Sequence record: DRR723986_28554
Direction: 5' to 3' (one strand)
Length of the DNA stretch: 35,818 bases
Of the stretch, positions 17,465 through 26,338 are shown piece after piece (positions within the stretch are counted from its first letter, which is position 1; the number at the start of each line of letters is the position of its first letter). The notes under the pieces were generated by a model. The model had not been told where the DNA came from, did no database searches, and was given only the letters and a program-made list of their open reading frames with translations. The translations under genes were made by a program, and so were the position numbers.

Positions 17465-18028
17465 ATGAAAGTTATACAACTTCATAAAAACGAATCTAAA
17501 CTTATACAAAGAGCAGCGAAAAATAATCGCGAAGCGCAACATGTTTTGTATGAGTTGCATTCTCCAAAAATGTTAAGTATTTGCAGGTATTATATTAAAG
17601 ATGTGCAGCAGGCTGAAGAAGTAATGCTAAATGGTTTTTTTAAAGTATTTAAGAATATTAAATCATTTAAAAGTAATGGAAGTTTCGAAGGGTGGGTAAG
17701 GCGTATAATGGTAAGAGAAGCAATATCATACCTACGGTCTAAAAAGAAAATAGAGTTTGCGACTGAAGACGAATACATTGAGCACGATTACTCTAATAAT
17801 ATTAAGACAAATATTGAAGTTGCAGAAATACAGCAACTTATAGATAGCTTACCAGAAGGGTACAGAATGATTTTTATTATGTATGCGATTGAAGGCTATA
17901 AGCATTATGAAATTGCAGAACTATTAAATATATCTGAAGGAACTTCAAAATCGCAATTGTTTAAGGCTAGGCAAATGCTACAGAAAAAAATAATAGAATT
18001 AAATAACAACAGTTATGGCACCAATTAA
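17465..18028 (+). CDS. ECF-type RNA polymerase sigma factor
   Basis: Region 2 AEEVMLNGFFKVF..SFEGWVRRIM; region 4 LPEGYRMIF..EGYKHYEIAELLNISEGTSKSQLFKAR; 187 aa. Confidence 0.95.
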   Translation: MKVIQLHKNESKLIQRAAKNNREAQHVLYELHSPKMLSICRYYIKDVQQAEEVMLNGFFKVFKNIKSFKSNGSFEGWVRRIMVREAISYLRSKKKIEFATEDEYIEHDYSNNIKTNIEVAEIQQLIDSLPEGYRMIFIMYAIEGYKHYEIAELLNISEGTSKSQLFKARQMLQKKIIELNNNSYGTN

Positions 18029-18815
18029 ATTTGAAGAACAATTAAAAGACAAGCTAGAGAAGCGCACGTTATCTCCATCGTCAGAGAGTTGGGCCAAACT
18101 ATCTCAACGTTTAGATGCAGAAGATAAAAAGTCTAAAAATCCACTTTTTTGGTGGCTTGGCATTGCCGCTGGTATTATTATTATGATAGCTGTGTCAATT
18201 CAGTTTTTTAAAACTGCTGATACGGAAAAAGTAATGCCGCAGATAGTTGATGAACCAATAAAAAGTAATCAAATAGATAGTAAACAGAGTAAGGAAGTAG
18301 AATTGCAGCAAATTGAATCACCAACGAACGAATTAGCTGGTCAAACTATTGAGAACGAATACAAAGAGGAAACTAAAATATATGATGATGCACCAAATAT
18401 TTTAGATTATAAAAAGACTACCGATAACGCACCAGCATCTAAAACCAATGTTGCTTATAATACTACGATTAAAGACGAAGTATCAAAGCTTGGTAAAACC
18501 ACTGTTATAAGTAAAGAATTACCAATTATAACTGATGAATCAATGTTAAAGGAATCAGTTGCCTACGCTTTGAAAAAATTAAAATCTACTGAGACAACTG
18601 CAGCAGATAGAGAGGTAGATTCACTATTAAAGTTAGCTAGTAAAGAACTATTTAAAGATAAATTACAAAAAGAGACCACAAAGACTGTTGATGCAGAGGC
18701 ATTATTAATGAGTGTAGAGGATGAAATGGGGCAATCTTTTAGAAGTAAGGTTTTTGAAGCTTTAAAAGATAGCTTTGAAACCGTAAAAACTGCAGTAGCA
18801 GAACGAAATAATTAA
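18015..18815 (+). CDS. Putative single-pass membrane anti-sigma factor
   Basis: Overlaps the sigma gene; short N-terminal domain (FEEQLKDKL..PS..SWAKL), TM helix LFWWLGIAAGIIIMIAVSI, long low-complexity periplasmic region, helical C-terminus. Confidence 0.7.
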   Translation: MAPIKFEEQLKDKLEKRTLSPSSESWAKLSQRLDAEDKKSKNPLFWWLGIAAGIIIMIAVSIQFFKTADTEKVMPQIVDEPIKSNQIDSKQSKEVELQQIESPTNELAGQTIENEYKEETKIYDDAPNILDYKKTTDNAPASKTNVAYNTTIKDEVSKLGKTTVISKELPIITDESMLKESVAYALKKLKSTETTAADREVDSLLKLASKELFKDKLQKETTKTVDAEALLMSVEDEMGQSFRSKVFEALKDSFETVKTAVAERNN

Positions 18816-18857
18816 GAATCAAATTAAACAATTATAAATCATCAAAAAAGAACAGTT

Positions 18858-19946
18858 ATGAACACAATTACAAGATTATTAGTGCCATTATTAATTTGTT
18901 TTGCCTTTAATGTTGTGCAAGGTCAGGACAAAGAAATGGATAGCGTAAGGCAAGCAAAAATTGACTACAAGGTTGAATTGCTCGAAAAAGAAAAAATCAA
19001 AATTGAGGATTTTGAAAAAGCCATTTTAAAACAAAAAATAACTAACATAAATAAAAAGTTAGATAATGATGAAATTACCGCAGAAGAGGCAGAGCAACTT
19101 AAAAAAGAAGCGGCTGAGTTGGCAGCACTTAATATCAAAGATCGTCAGGTAATAGTTGATAATAAAATAATATTATTAAAGCGAAATGGTTGGTATGATA
19201 TAGATAATAATATTGATAGTTACATAGGCTTTGTTAAGAGGAAGGAAGGTGGAGGAAATATTGGATTGGTAATTAAAAGTGGTGATGATACGCCACCTAA
19301 ATATGACATCCGTACAGGTAACAAATTACTATTTGCAATTGGTTTTAATAATACTATAATAGATGGACAAGGTTTAGATGACTCGCCATATGAATTAGCA
19401 GGTTCAGGTTTTGTTGAGTTAGGTTGGGTTTGGCAAACCAGATTACTTAAAGACTCAAATCTACTAAGATTAAATTACGGTTTTTCATTTCAGTGGAATA
19501 AGCTTAACGTAAAGGACGATTTGTATTATGTGCAAAATGGCGATGAAACAACATTACAAGAGTTTCCCGTAGGTCTAAGAAAATCACAGTTTAGAGTTAC
19601 TAACTTAGTGTTTCCTGTACACCTAGAAATTGGTGGATGGAATAAAAAAGACTACGGAAATCGTGTAAGATATTTTAACCATGATAAATTTAAACTTGGA
19701 ATCGGTGGTTATGGTGGTTTTAGAATTGGCACTCAACAGAAGCTAAAATATAAAGAAGATGGTGACCGTGTAAAGGATAAAATAAGAAGAAATTACAATG
19801 CGTCAAACTTTGTTTACGGACTAAGTGCATATGTTGGTATAGGTGATATTTCACTTTATGCTAAATACGATCTTAATCCATTGTTTAAAGATCAGGCAGT
19901 AGACCAAAACAATATATCAGTCGGTATTAGATTTGATATCGATTAA
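18858..19946 (+). CDS. Outer-membrane beta-barrel protein with N-terminal coiled coil
   Basis: Signal peptide; E/K-rich heptad region (about aa 25-110); beta-strands (LNYGFSFQW, FPVHLE, YGLSAYVG, LYAKYDL); terminal ISVGIRFDID. Confidence 0.75.
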   Translation: MNTITRLLVPLLICFAFNVVQGQDKEMDSVRQAKIDYKVELLEKEKIKIEDFEKAILKQKITNINKKLDNDEITAEEAEQLKKEAAELAALNIKDRQVIVDNKIILLKRNGWYDIDNNIDSYIGFVKRKEGGGNIGLVIKSGDDTPPKYDIRTGNKLLFAIGFNNTIIDGQGLDDSPYELAGSGFVELGWVWQTRLLKDSNLLRLNYGFSFQWNKLNVKDDLYYVQNGDETTLQEFPVGLRKSQFRVTNLVFPVHLEIGGWNKKDYGNRVRYFNHDKFKLGIGGYGGFRIGTQQKLKYKEDGDRVKDKIRRNYNASNFVYGLSAYVGIGDISLYAKYDLNPLFKDQAVDQNNISVGIRFDID

Positions 19947-19968
19947 ATCAATCAATTTTTGAGTTTTT

Positions 19969-20005
19969 AAAAGCCTTATTCTGTTACTGGAATAAGGCTT
20001 TTTTT
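19969..20005 (+). terminator. Intrinsic terminator of the ECF operon
   Basis: AAAAGCCTTATTC ... GAATAAGGCTTTT 13-bp stem plus T-run. Confidence 0.88.
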
Positions 20006-20109
20006 AATTATAACGATTTCGTAACTTTTCTTATTAACACTGAGTTAATCCGTCATAAATATTTAATTTCACCAATTATTAATTCTGAAGATTTAATTTG
20101 CGGGTTAGT

Positions 20110-20868
20110 ATGAAAAAGTTAATTTATTTCATCTTATTGTTGCCTATTTTTTTGTCTGCACAAATTAACGAAAGTGATACCTTAAGTGTAAAGGCAAGTT
20201 TATCATTAACAGGTTTCTGGCAAAGTGGTAATGTAGAAACATTAATATTTAGGGCGAAGTCTGATTTAAGCTTCAAACCATGGAAGAAATTGGTATTCAA
20301 AAATCAGAATTCATATGTCTATCAAGAGTTTGGGAAAGTTAAAGCAGATGAAGATATACTGAGCTTAAATTTTTTATACTTAAATCCAGATAAAAAAATA
20401 TACCCATTTATATTGGGCTTTTTTAGCACTAATTTTAGGCGAGAAATAGACTCGCGTTATCTCGTTGGTGCAGGAGCCACATTTCAATTACTTAATAAAA
20501 ATAAAAACTGGCTAAAACTATCACTATCAAGTGAATATGAGCGCACAGATTTTTCTAAAACCGATTTTAATTATTCAAATTATGATGGTAGCAAATCCAT
20601 AAATATGTTTCGTGGTACTATTTGGTTAAATGGTAAATACAATTTAATTAAGGATAGAATTATACTCACGCACGAGAGTTATTTTCAACCATCATTAGAA
20701 GAAAGTGATAATTTCCGTTGGCAAGCAGATGTAAGCTTAGAGTTACCATTATGGAAGTTTTTAAATTTTAAAATTAATTATCGTCATACCTTTGAAAGTA
20801 TTGTTATTCAAAACCAAAAACAAGAGGATACTTTTTTAACTTTTGGTTTTACACTCAAAAGCTATTAA
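20110..20868 (+). CDS. DUF481-like outer-membrane beta-barrel protein
   Basis: Signal peptide from ATG 20110; SGNVET, RYLVGAG, YFQP, terminal TFLTFGFTLKSY strand. Confidence 0.7.
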   Translation: MKKLIYFILLLPIFLSAQINESDTLSVKASLSLTGFWQSGNVETLIFRAKSDLSFKPWKKLVFKNQNSYVYQEFGKVKADEDILSLNFLYLNPDKKIYPFILGFFSTNFRREIDSRYLVGAGATFQLLNKNKNWLKLSLSSEYERTDFSKTDFNYSNYDGSKSINMFRGTIWLNGKYNLIKDRIILTHESYFQPSLEESDNFRWQADVSLELPLWKFLNFKINYRHTFESIVIQNQKQEDTFLTFGFTLKSY

Positions 20869-20962
20869 CAATATAGTAGCAGCTCTTTAAAGCACATCAT
20901 ATTATTATTTTTAAAACGAATAGTTTATCTTAAATTTACAGACTAACTAAATTTCAAAACAG

Positions 20963-22927
20963 TTGATTTCACAAAACACCATTTCACAGGTATTTGAAAC
21001 TGCTCGTGTAGAGGAGGTTATTGGTGATTTTGTACAATTGAAAAAAGCAGGTAGTAATTTTAAAGGATTAAGTCCTTTTAGCGATGAGCGTACTCCTAGT
21101 TTTATGGTGTCTCCGGTAAAACAGATCTGGAAAGATTTTTCTACAGGAAAGGGTGGCAATGCTGTGACTTTTTTAATGGAACATGAGCATTTCACCTATC
21201 CTGAAGCTATAAAATATCTAGCTAAAAAGTACAATATTGAAATTGAAGAAACCGAGCGTACCGACGAAGAAAAAGCTCAGGCAGATGCTCGTGAAAGTTT
21301 ATACTTAGTTAGTGAATATGCCAATGAGTATTTTCAGAAAACATTATTTAAAACAGACCAAGGTCAGGCTATTGGTTTAAGTTATTTTAAAGAGCGTGGA
21401 TTTACGGATGAAATTATAAAGAAATTTCAACTAGGTTATTCATTAGATGAGTGGCAAGCGTTTACTGATGATGCACTAGGAAAAGGCTACAAATTAGAGT
21501 TTTTAGAAAAAACTGGTCTCACCATTGTTAAAGAAAACAAACGATTCGATAGGTTTAAGGGTCGTGTTATGTTTCCGATACATAGTATGAGTGGTCGTAT
21601 TTTAGGATTTGGTGGGCGTATTTTAACCAATGATAAAAAAGCAGCTAAATATCTTAATTCACCAGAAAGTGATATCTATCATAAAAGTAAAGTCTTGTAT
21701 GGCTTGTATTATGCCAAGCAAAGTATTGCAAAAGAAGATAATTGTTTTTTAGTTGAAGGTTATACAGATGTTATTCAGTTATATCAATCTGGAGTTCACA
21801 ATGTAGTGTCTTCATCTGGTACAGCTTTAACCTCTGACCAAATACGATTAATTAATAGACTTACAAATAATATTACAGTACTTTTTGACGGTGATGCTGC
21901 GGGTATACGAGCTTCTATAAGAGGTATAGATTTAATACTAGAGCAAGGTATGAATGTTAAGGTCTGCACGTTTCCAGATGGTGAAGATCCAGACAGTTTT
22001 GCAAAGTCTAACACTCTAGAAGAAATCACAACCTATCTCAACGACAATGCAAAGGATTTCATTCAATTTAAAGCGTCTCTTTTAGTAAAAGAAGCTAATA
22101 ATGATCCTATTAAAAAAGCAGAAACAATACGAGAGATTGTTAATAGTATTTCAAAAATTCCAGATGCAATTAAACGCGAAATTTATGTACAGGAATGTGC
22201 ATCTATAATGGATATTAGTGAAAATGTATTATTTAGTACACTTGCTCAGATAAATAAGAAAGATTTTCAGGAGGCTAATAAGAAATACAAGCAAGAGCAA
22301 AAAGCTTTTGAAGTTGTTAAAAATGTAGAGCAACCCAAGAAAAAGATCGATGTTCAATATGAATTAGAAAGAAAAATTATAGAGATTCTAATGCTCTATG
22401 GTGATAGAACAGAGCAATTTGAAGATTTAATCTTAAAAGAAGATGATGCAACAGGTGAATTAATTTTAGAACCTACTAAGCACGAAACACGAGTTTTTGA
22501 GAAGATATATTTAGATCTTCAAGAAGACGAAATGATGTTTTCAAATGAAAGATTTAGAGAGTTATATTATTTAATTATAGACAAGCTTAATCAGCAAGAA
22601 ACTTTTTCCACTAAAGATTTTATTAACCAATTAGATCAGGATTCTGCAAGTATCGTTACCTCCATTTTAATGGAGGATGAAAAGTATAATCTGCATGATT
22701 GGGAACGGAACCATATCATCCCTAAGGAAAAAGAACATACAATTTCACAGTTAGTTAGTCAAACTATTCTCAGTCTGCGTTGTTATCTTATAGATCAGAA
22801 GGTAGCAGAATATAAAAATGAAACTCTAAGAGAAGGTGTTGATTCCAGATCAGTTATAGAAGATGTAAAAGATTATGTTGGTCTTAAAATGCTCTTATCT
22901 CGTAAATTAGGCAAAGTAATAGGTTAG
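20963..22927 (+). CDS. dnaG: DNA primase
   Basis: N-terminal GLSPFSDERTPSF (Zn-ribbon region), DRFKGRVMFPI, KYLNSPE, TOPRIM VEGYTDV and FDGDAAG, DPD; TTG start. Confidence 0.96.
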   Translation: MISQNTISQVFETARVEEVIGDFVQLKKAGSNFKGLSPFSDERTPSFMVSPVKQIWKDFSTGKGGNAVTFLMEHEHFTYPEAIKYLAKKYNIEIEETERTDEEKAQADARESLYLVSEYANEYFQKTLFKTDQGQAIGLSYFKERGFTDEIIKKFQLGYSLDEWQAFTDDALGKGYKLEFLEKTGLTIVKENKRFDRFKGRVMFPIHSMSGRILGFGGRILTNDKKAAKYLNSPESDIYHKSKVLYGLYYAKQSIAKEDNCFLVEGYTDVIQLYQSGVHNVVSSSGTALTSDQIRLINRLTNNITVLFDGDAAGIRASIRGIDLILEQGMNVKVCTFPDGEDPDSFAKSNTLEEITTYLNDNAKDFIQFKASLLVKEANNDPIKKAETIREIVNSISKIPDAIKREIYVQECASIMDISENVLFSTLAQINKKDFQEANKKYKQEQKAFEVVKNVEQPKKKIDVQYELERKIIEILMLYGDRTEQFEDLILKEDDATGELILEPTKHETRVFEKIYLDLQEDEMMFSNERFRELYYLIIDKLNQQETFSTKDFINQLDQDSASIVTSILMEDEKYNLHDWERNHIIPKEKEHTISQLVSQTILSLRCYLIDQKVAEYKNETLREGVDSRSVIEDVKDYVGLKMLLSRKLGKVIG

Positions 22928-22930
22928 AAC

Positions 22931-23560
22931 CTATGTTAAATTATGATGCTTAGCCTGATGGATTAGATCCACAATATTTGTCACATTTAATTTTTTAAAT
23001 AATCTTGCTTTGTATGTGCTTACGGTCTTTTCATTAATATCTAGTTCTTTCGCTATTTCCTTGTTTTTTCTTCCTATAGAGAGTAATTTAAGCACTTCAA
23101 CTTCTCTAGTAGATAACTTTTTGAATAAGCGGCTTCTGCTTTTACGTGTATCCTCATAGTGTAAATGTTTATCCATTTTTTCGCTTAAAGAAACTTCGCC
23201 TGTGTGTATTTTTCTAACAGCAGCTTCAATGTCTTCAACACTTGCAGTTTTGTTTAAATAACCAGAGGCTCCTGCTTTTAATGTACTAATGGCATAAATC
23301 TCTTCAGGTTGATGACTAAACATTAAAACATTAACAGACTTATTTTCTTTTTTTATAGCACGTAATGCTGTAATTCCATTGAGCTCTGGTAAATCTACTT
23401 CAGAAATAATAACGTCAACTTTGTGGCGTCTAATAAATTCGAAGATTTCAATGCCACTTCCAAGTTTACCTACAACTTTTAAATCTGGTTTGCTGTTTAA
23501 GAATAGTTCAAGACCTGTTCTTACAATAGGGTGACTGTCAACAATCAAAATATGTATCAT
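22931..23560 (-). CDS. NarL/LuxR-family response regulator with atypical receiver domain
   Basis: Receiver-like N-terminus (ILIVDSHPIVR, IISEVDLP, GASGYLNK); LuxR HTH LSTREVEVL..NKEIAKELDINEKTVSTY. Confidence 0.9.
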   Translation of the reverse strand: MIHILIVDSHPIVRTGLELFLNSKPDLKVVGKLGSGIEIFEFIRRHKVDVIISEVDLPELNGITALRAIKKENKSVNVLMFSHQPEEIYAISTLKAGASGYLNKTASVEDIEAAVRKIHTGEVSLSEKMDKHLHYEDTRKSRSRLFKKLSTREVEVLKLLSIGRKNKEIAKELDINEKTVSTYKARLFKKLNVTNIVDLIHQAKHHNLT

Positions 23561-23700
23561 GACAATTGGTATTTTTTAGTTAGGGTTAGGGTTTATTTTA
23601 CTATAGCAAAAGCTAGGCTTAGAAAAAGGAGGGAGATTCGTTAAACAAAAATAACTAAAAATTGAACAGTTACCGCAAATATTTTAATAAACTGTAGTAT

Positions 23701-24489
23701 TTATCTTAAATAATTAGGTATTTCGCAAATTGGTATAGGAATCATCTTGTGTTTATTTAAAGAATTAAAACGCATAAAAATTTCAAATGCTTCACGTTGT
23801 CTACCCGTAAAATCGTCTTTAGTTTTACCTTCATCTTTCATTTTCATAGCCCATTCTAACTCCGGATATGTTGCGCCTATTTGGTCTTCATCACTTCTGG
23901 CATCACCAAATAATCCATCACTTGGCGCAGCGTTCATAATTGATTCTGGTACATCTAAAAAGTCACCGATCGCATAAACTTCAGATTTTAATAAATCTGC
24001 AATAGGACTTAAATCAACTCCTCCATCGCCATATTTTGTATAGAAGCCAACACCAAAATCTTCAACTTTGTTACCAGTACCAGCAACGAGAAGTCCTAAT
24101 AAGCCAGCATGATAATATAGTGTTGTCATACGCAATCTAGCCCTTGTATTTGCTAATGCCATATCTACAGTAGCTTGTTTACCTTCTAGCGATACTTCAG
24201 TCTTAAATTCTTCAAAAACAGGTGTTAAATCTACACGAGTATCACTAACATTAGAGAACCGTTTTTTTAACTGTGCAATATGTTCTTGTGCTCTGGTTAC
24301 ATGGCTCTCTGCTTGATGGATAGGCATTTCTATACACAGTAGTTCTAAACCTGTTTTTGCGCATAGAGTTGAGGTGACAGCTGAATCAATTCCGCCAGAT
24401 ATTCCAATTACAAATCCTTTAACTCCAGCATTTGTGGAATATTCTTTAAGCCAATTAACAATGTGATCTACAACCTTTTCTGTTTGCAT
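23701..24489 (-). CDS. nadE: NH3-dependent NAD+ synthetase
   Basis: GISGGIDS, NTRARLRM, GTGNKVE, GFYTKYGDG, APSDGL, DEDQIG; no glutaminase domain. Confidence 0.96.
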   Translation of the reverse strand: MQTEKVVDHIVNWLKEYSTNAGVKGFVIGISGGIDSAVTSTLCAKTGLELLCIEMPIHQAESHVTRAQEHIAQLKKRFSNVSDTRVDLTPVFEEFKTEVSLEGKQATVDMALANTRARLRMTTLYYHAGLLGLLVAGTGNKVEDFGVGFYTKYGDGGVDLSPIADLLKSEVYAIGDFLDVPESIMNAAPSDGLFGDARSDEDQIGATYPELEWAMKMKDEGKTKDDFTGRQREAFEIFMRFNSLNKHKMIPIPICEIPNYLR

Positions 24490-24519
24490 ATTTTTTCAAA
24501 AATTTAAGACAAAGAAGTG

Positions 24520-24527
24520 TACCTTTG
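24520..24527 (+). promoter_or_regulatory. -7 element (TACCTTTG) for gldBC
   Basis: Exact TAnnTTTG match in the nadE/gldB divergent spacer. Confidence 0.55.
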
Positions 24528-24581
24528 CACAACAAAAATAACGGAATCGTGTTAGGATTAAAAATATTTTATTTAAAGTCT

Positions 24582-25544
24582 ATGAGATTTTACATTATTT
24601 TAATTTTTGGATTATTACTTGTGTCTTGTGAAGAAGATTCTAAACTCGAAAATGAAATATCTAATATCGATATTGATTTTGTTGTTGAGCGATTTGATAC
24701 CGCAGAATTAGATGCAACACCAAAAGATTTGCCAAAGCTTAAAAAAGGCTTTCCATTTCTTTTTTCTAAACACACTCCAGATTCTATTTGGGTAAATAGG
24801 CTTAACGATACCTTACAGAATGAAATACTAAATGAAGTTAAAAAGGCTTTCCCAGATTTTAAGAACACCAAGAATGATATAAACCAAATGTTTCAGCATT
24901 TGATGTATTATAACAAGGTTTTCTCGGTTCCAAGAGTGGTAACTTATACCAATTCTGTACAATACAGAGATAGAGTGATAGTTACTGATAGTATTCTATT
25001 AATTGCATTAGACAATTATTTAGGACCAGAACATAAGTTTTATGTAGATGGCGGAATACCTCAATATTTGGCAAAAAACTTTAAACAAGAACAAATTACT
25101 GTGAATCTGGCTGAAGGGTTTGCTAAAAATTATGTGTACCAAAGTAATAGGAAAACTTTTTTAGATGAAATGATCTACTTTGGTAAGCTTCTTTATTTTA
25201 AAGATAAAATTATTCCTTTTAAATCTGATGCAGAAAAAATTGGCTATATACCAGAAGAAATAGCCTGGGCAAGGACTAATGAAAGTCCTATTTGGAGTTA
25301 TTTTGTAGAAAAAGAATTATTGTTTAGTTCAGATAGTAAATTACCAGCGCGCTTTATTGCAGACGCACCTTTTTCTAAATTTTACTTAGAATTAGATAAT
25401 GAGTCACCAGGTAAATTAGGACAATATATTGGTTGGCAGATAGTAAAGGCTTATGCTGAAAGAGCAGATGAAGATTTGATGACTATTCTGCAAACTGAAC
25501 CAGAAAAAATATTTAAAGAATCAAAATTTAAACCAAGAAAATAA
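24582..25544 (+). CDS. gldB: Gliding motility lipoprotein GldB
   Basis: Lipobox LVSC from ATG 24582; VERFD, IALDNYLG, MIYFGK, APFSKFYLELDNESPGKLGQYIGWQIV; adjacent to gldC. Confidence 0.9.
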   Translation: MRFYIILIFGLLLVSCEEDSKLENEISNIDIDFVVERFDTAELDATPKDLPKLKKGFPFLFSKHTPDSIWVNRLNDTLQNEILNEVKKAFPDFKNTKNDINQMFQHLMYYNKVFSVPRVVTYTNSVQYRDRVIVTDSILLIALDNYLGPEHKFYVDGGIPQYLAKNFKQEQITVNLAEGFAKNYVYQSNRKTFLDEMIYFGKLLYFKDKIIPFKSDAEKIGYIPEEIAWARTNESPIWSYFVEKELLFSSDSKLPARFIADAPFSKFYLELDNESPGKLGQYIGWQIVKAYAERADEDLMTILQTEPEKIFKESKFKPRK

Positions 25545-25882
25545 TGTCTAAAACAATAAAGTCTAAGATAGAGTTAAATGTAGAACTCGACGATAATAGA
25601 GTGCCTGAGAAATTAAAGTGGTCGGCTGAAGATGGTGGTATAAAAAATGAGGAGGCAAAAGCAATTATGTTATCTGTTTGGGATAGTAAAGCCCAAGAAA
25701 CTTTAAAAATAGATCTTTGGACTAAGGACATGCCAGTAGACGAAATGAAATTATTTTTTCACCAAACTTTAGTGACTATGAGTGATACATTTATGCGTGC
25801 TACACAAGATGAAAAGATGACGGCTACGATGAAAGATTTTTGTGACTATTTTGCTAAAAAGTTAGAACTTAAGAAGTCATAA
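25544..25882 (+). CDS. gldC: Gliding motility protein GldC
   Basis: VELDDNRVPEKLKWSAEDG, IDLWTKDMPVDEMK, ATQDEKM; TAATG coupling to gldB. Confidence 0.93.
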   Translation: MSKTIKSKIELNVELDDNRVPEKLKWSAEDGGIKNEEAKAIMLSVWDSKAQETLKIDLWTKDMPVDEMKLFFHQTLVTMSDTFMRATQDEKMTATMKDFCDYFAKKLELKKS

Positions 25883-26338
25883 GGTCTTACTAATGGTAGA
25901 GGCTAAATAAGTATCATAATCTGCATTTGGTAGTTTTTTTAAAACATGGTTAGTCCATACTATTCTTTCGTGATTAATGACTTCTAATTCCCAGACGCAA
26001 GGCCCAAGTCCAGTACCTGAAATTTTCCTTATATCAGAAGGATGGTCATGTGAGGACAAAAATATATTGGTATTAATCATATAACCATCTAACCACCAGT
26101 TAAGAATTGAAAAAACACCTTCTGACGCCGCATGCAATATTAGAAATCCAATATTATAGTGTTTAGAATTAAAATTATTTTCAGCAGCTAGCCATAGGTG
26201 TAGTTGTTGCTTTACTTCGTCGTAAAATGGAATAAAATCATAATCAATCTCTTTTGATATGACGTATACTTTAAGATTCCAATCATTAACGCTTAAATAC
26301 TCTTTAAATCTTATATGTCTTTGTTTGTAGGTGGTCAC
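25877..26338 (-). CDS. Hypothetical protein
   Basis: 153-aa ORF whose GTG start overlaps the upstream TAG; protein-like motifs GFLILH, NWW, PCVWELEVINHER. Confidence 0.75.
   Translation of the reverse strand: MTTYKQRHIRFKEYLSVNDWNLKVYVISKEIDYDFIPFYDEVKQQLHLWLAAENNFNSKHYNIGFLILHAASEGVFSILNWWLDGYMINTNIFLSSHDHPSDIRKISGTGLGPCVWELEVINHERIVWTNHVLKKLPNADYDTYLASTISKTL

Noticed and set aside
20021-20054. Possible second ECF promoter (AAC...CGTC) upstream of the DUF481 gene
   Set aside because: The AAC-to-CGTC spacings are 12 and 25 nt, not 16-17.
23580-23591. TTAGGG-TTAGGG telomere-like tandem upstream of the response regulator
   Set aside because: Only two units, which is compatible with chance, and too few G-runs for a quadruplex.
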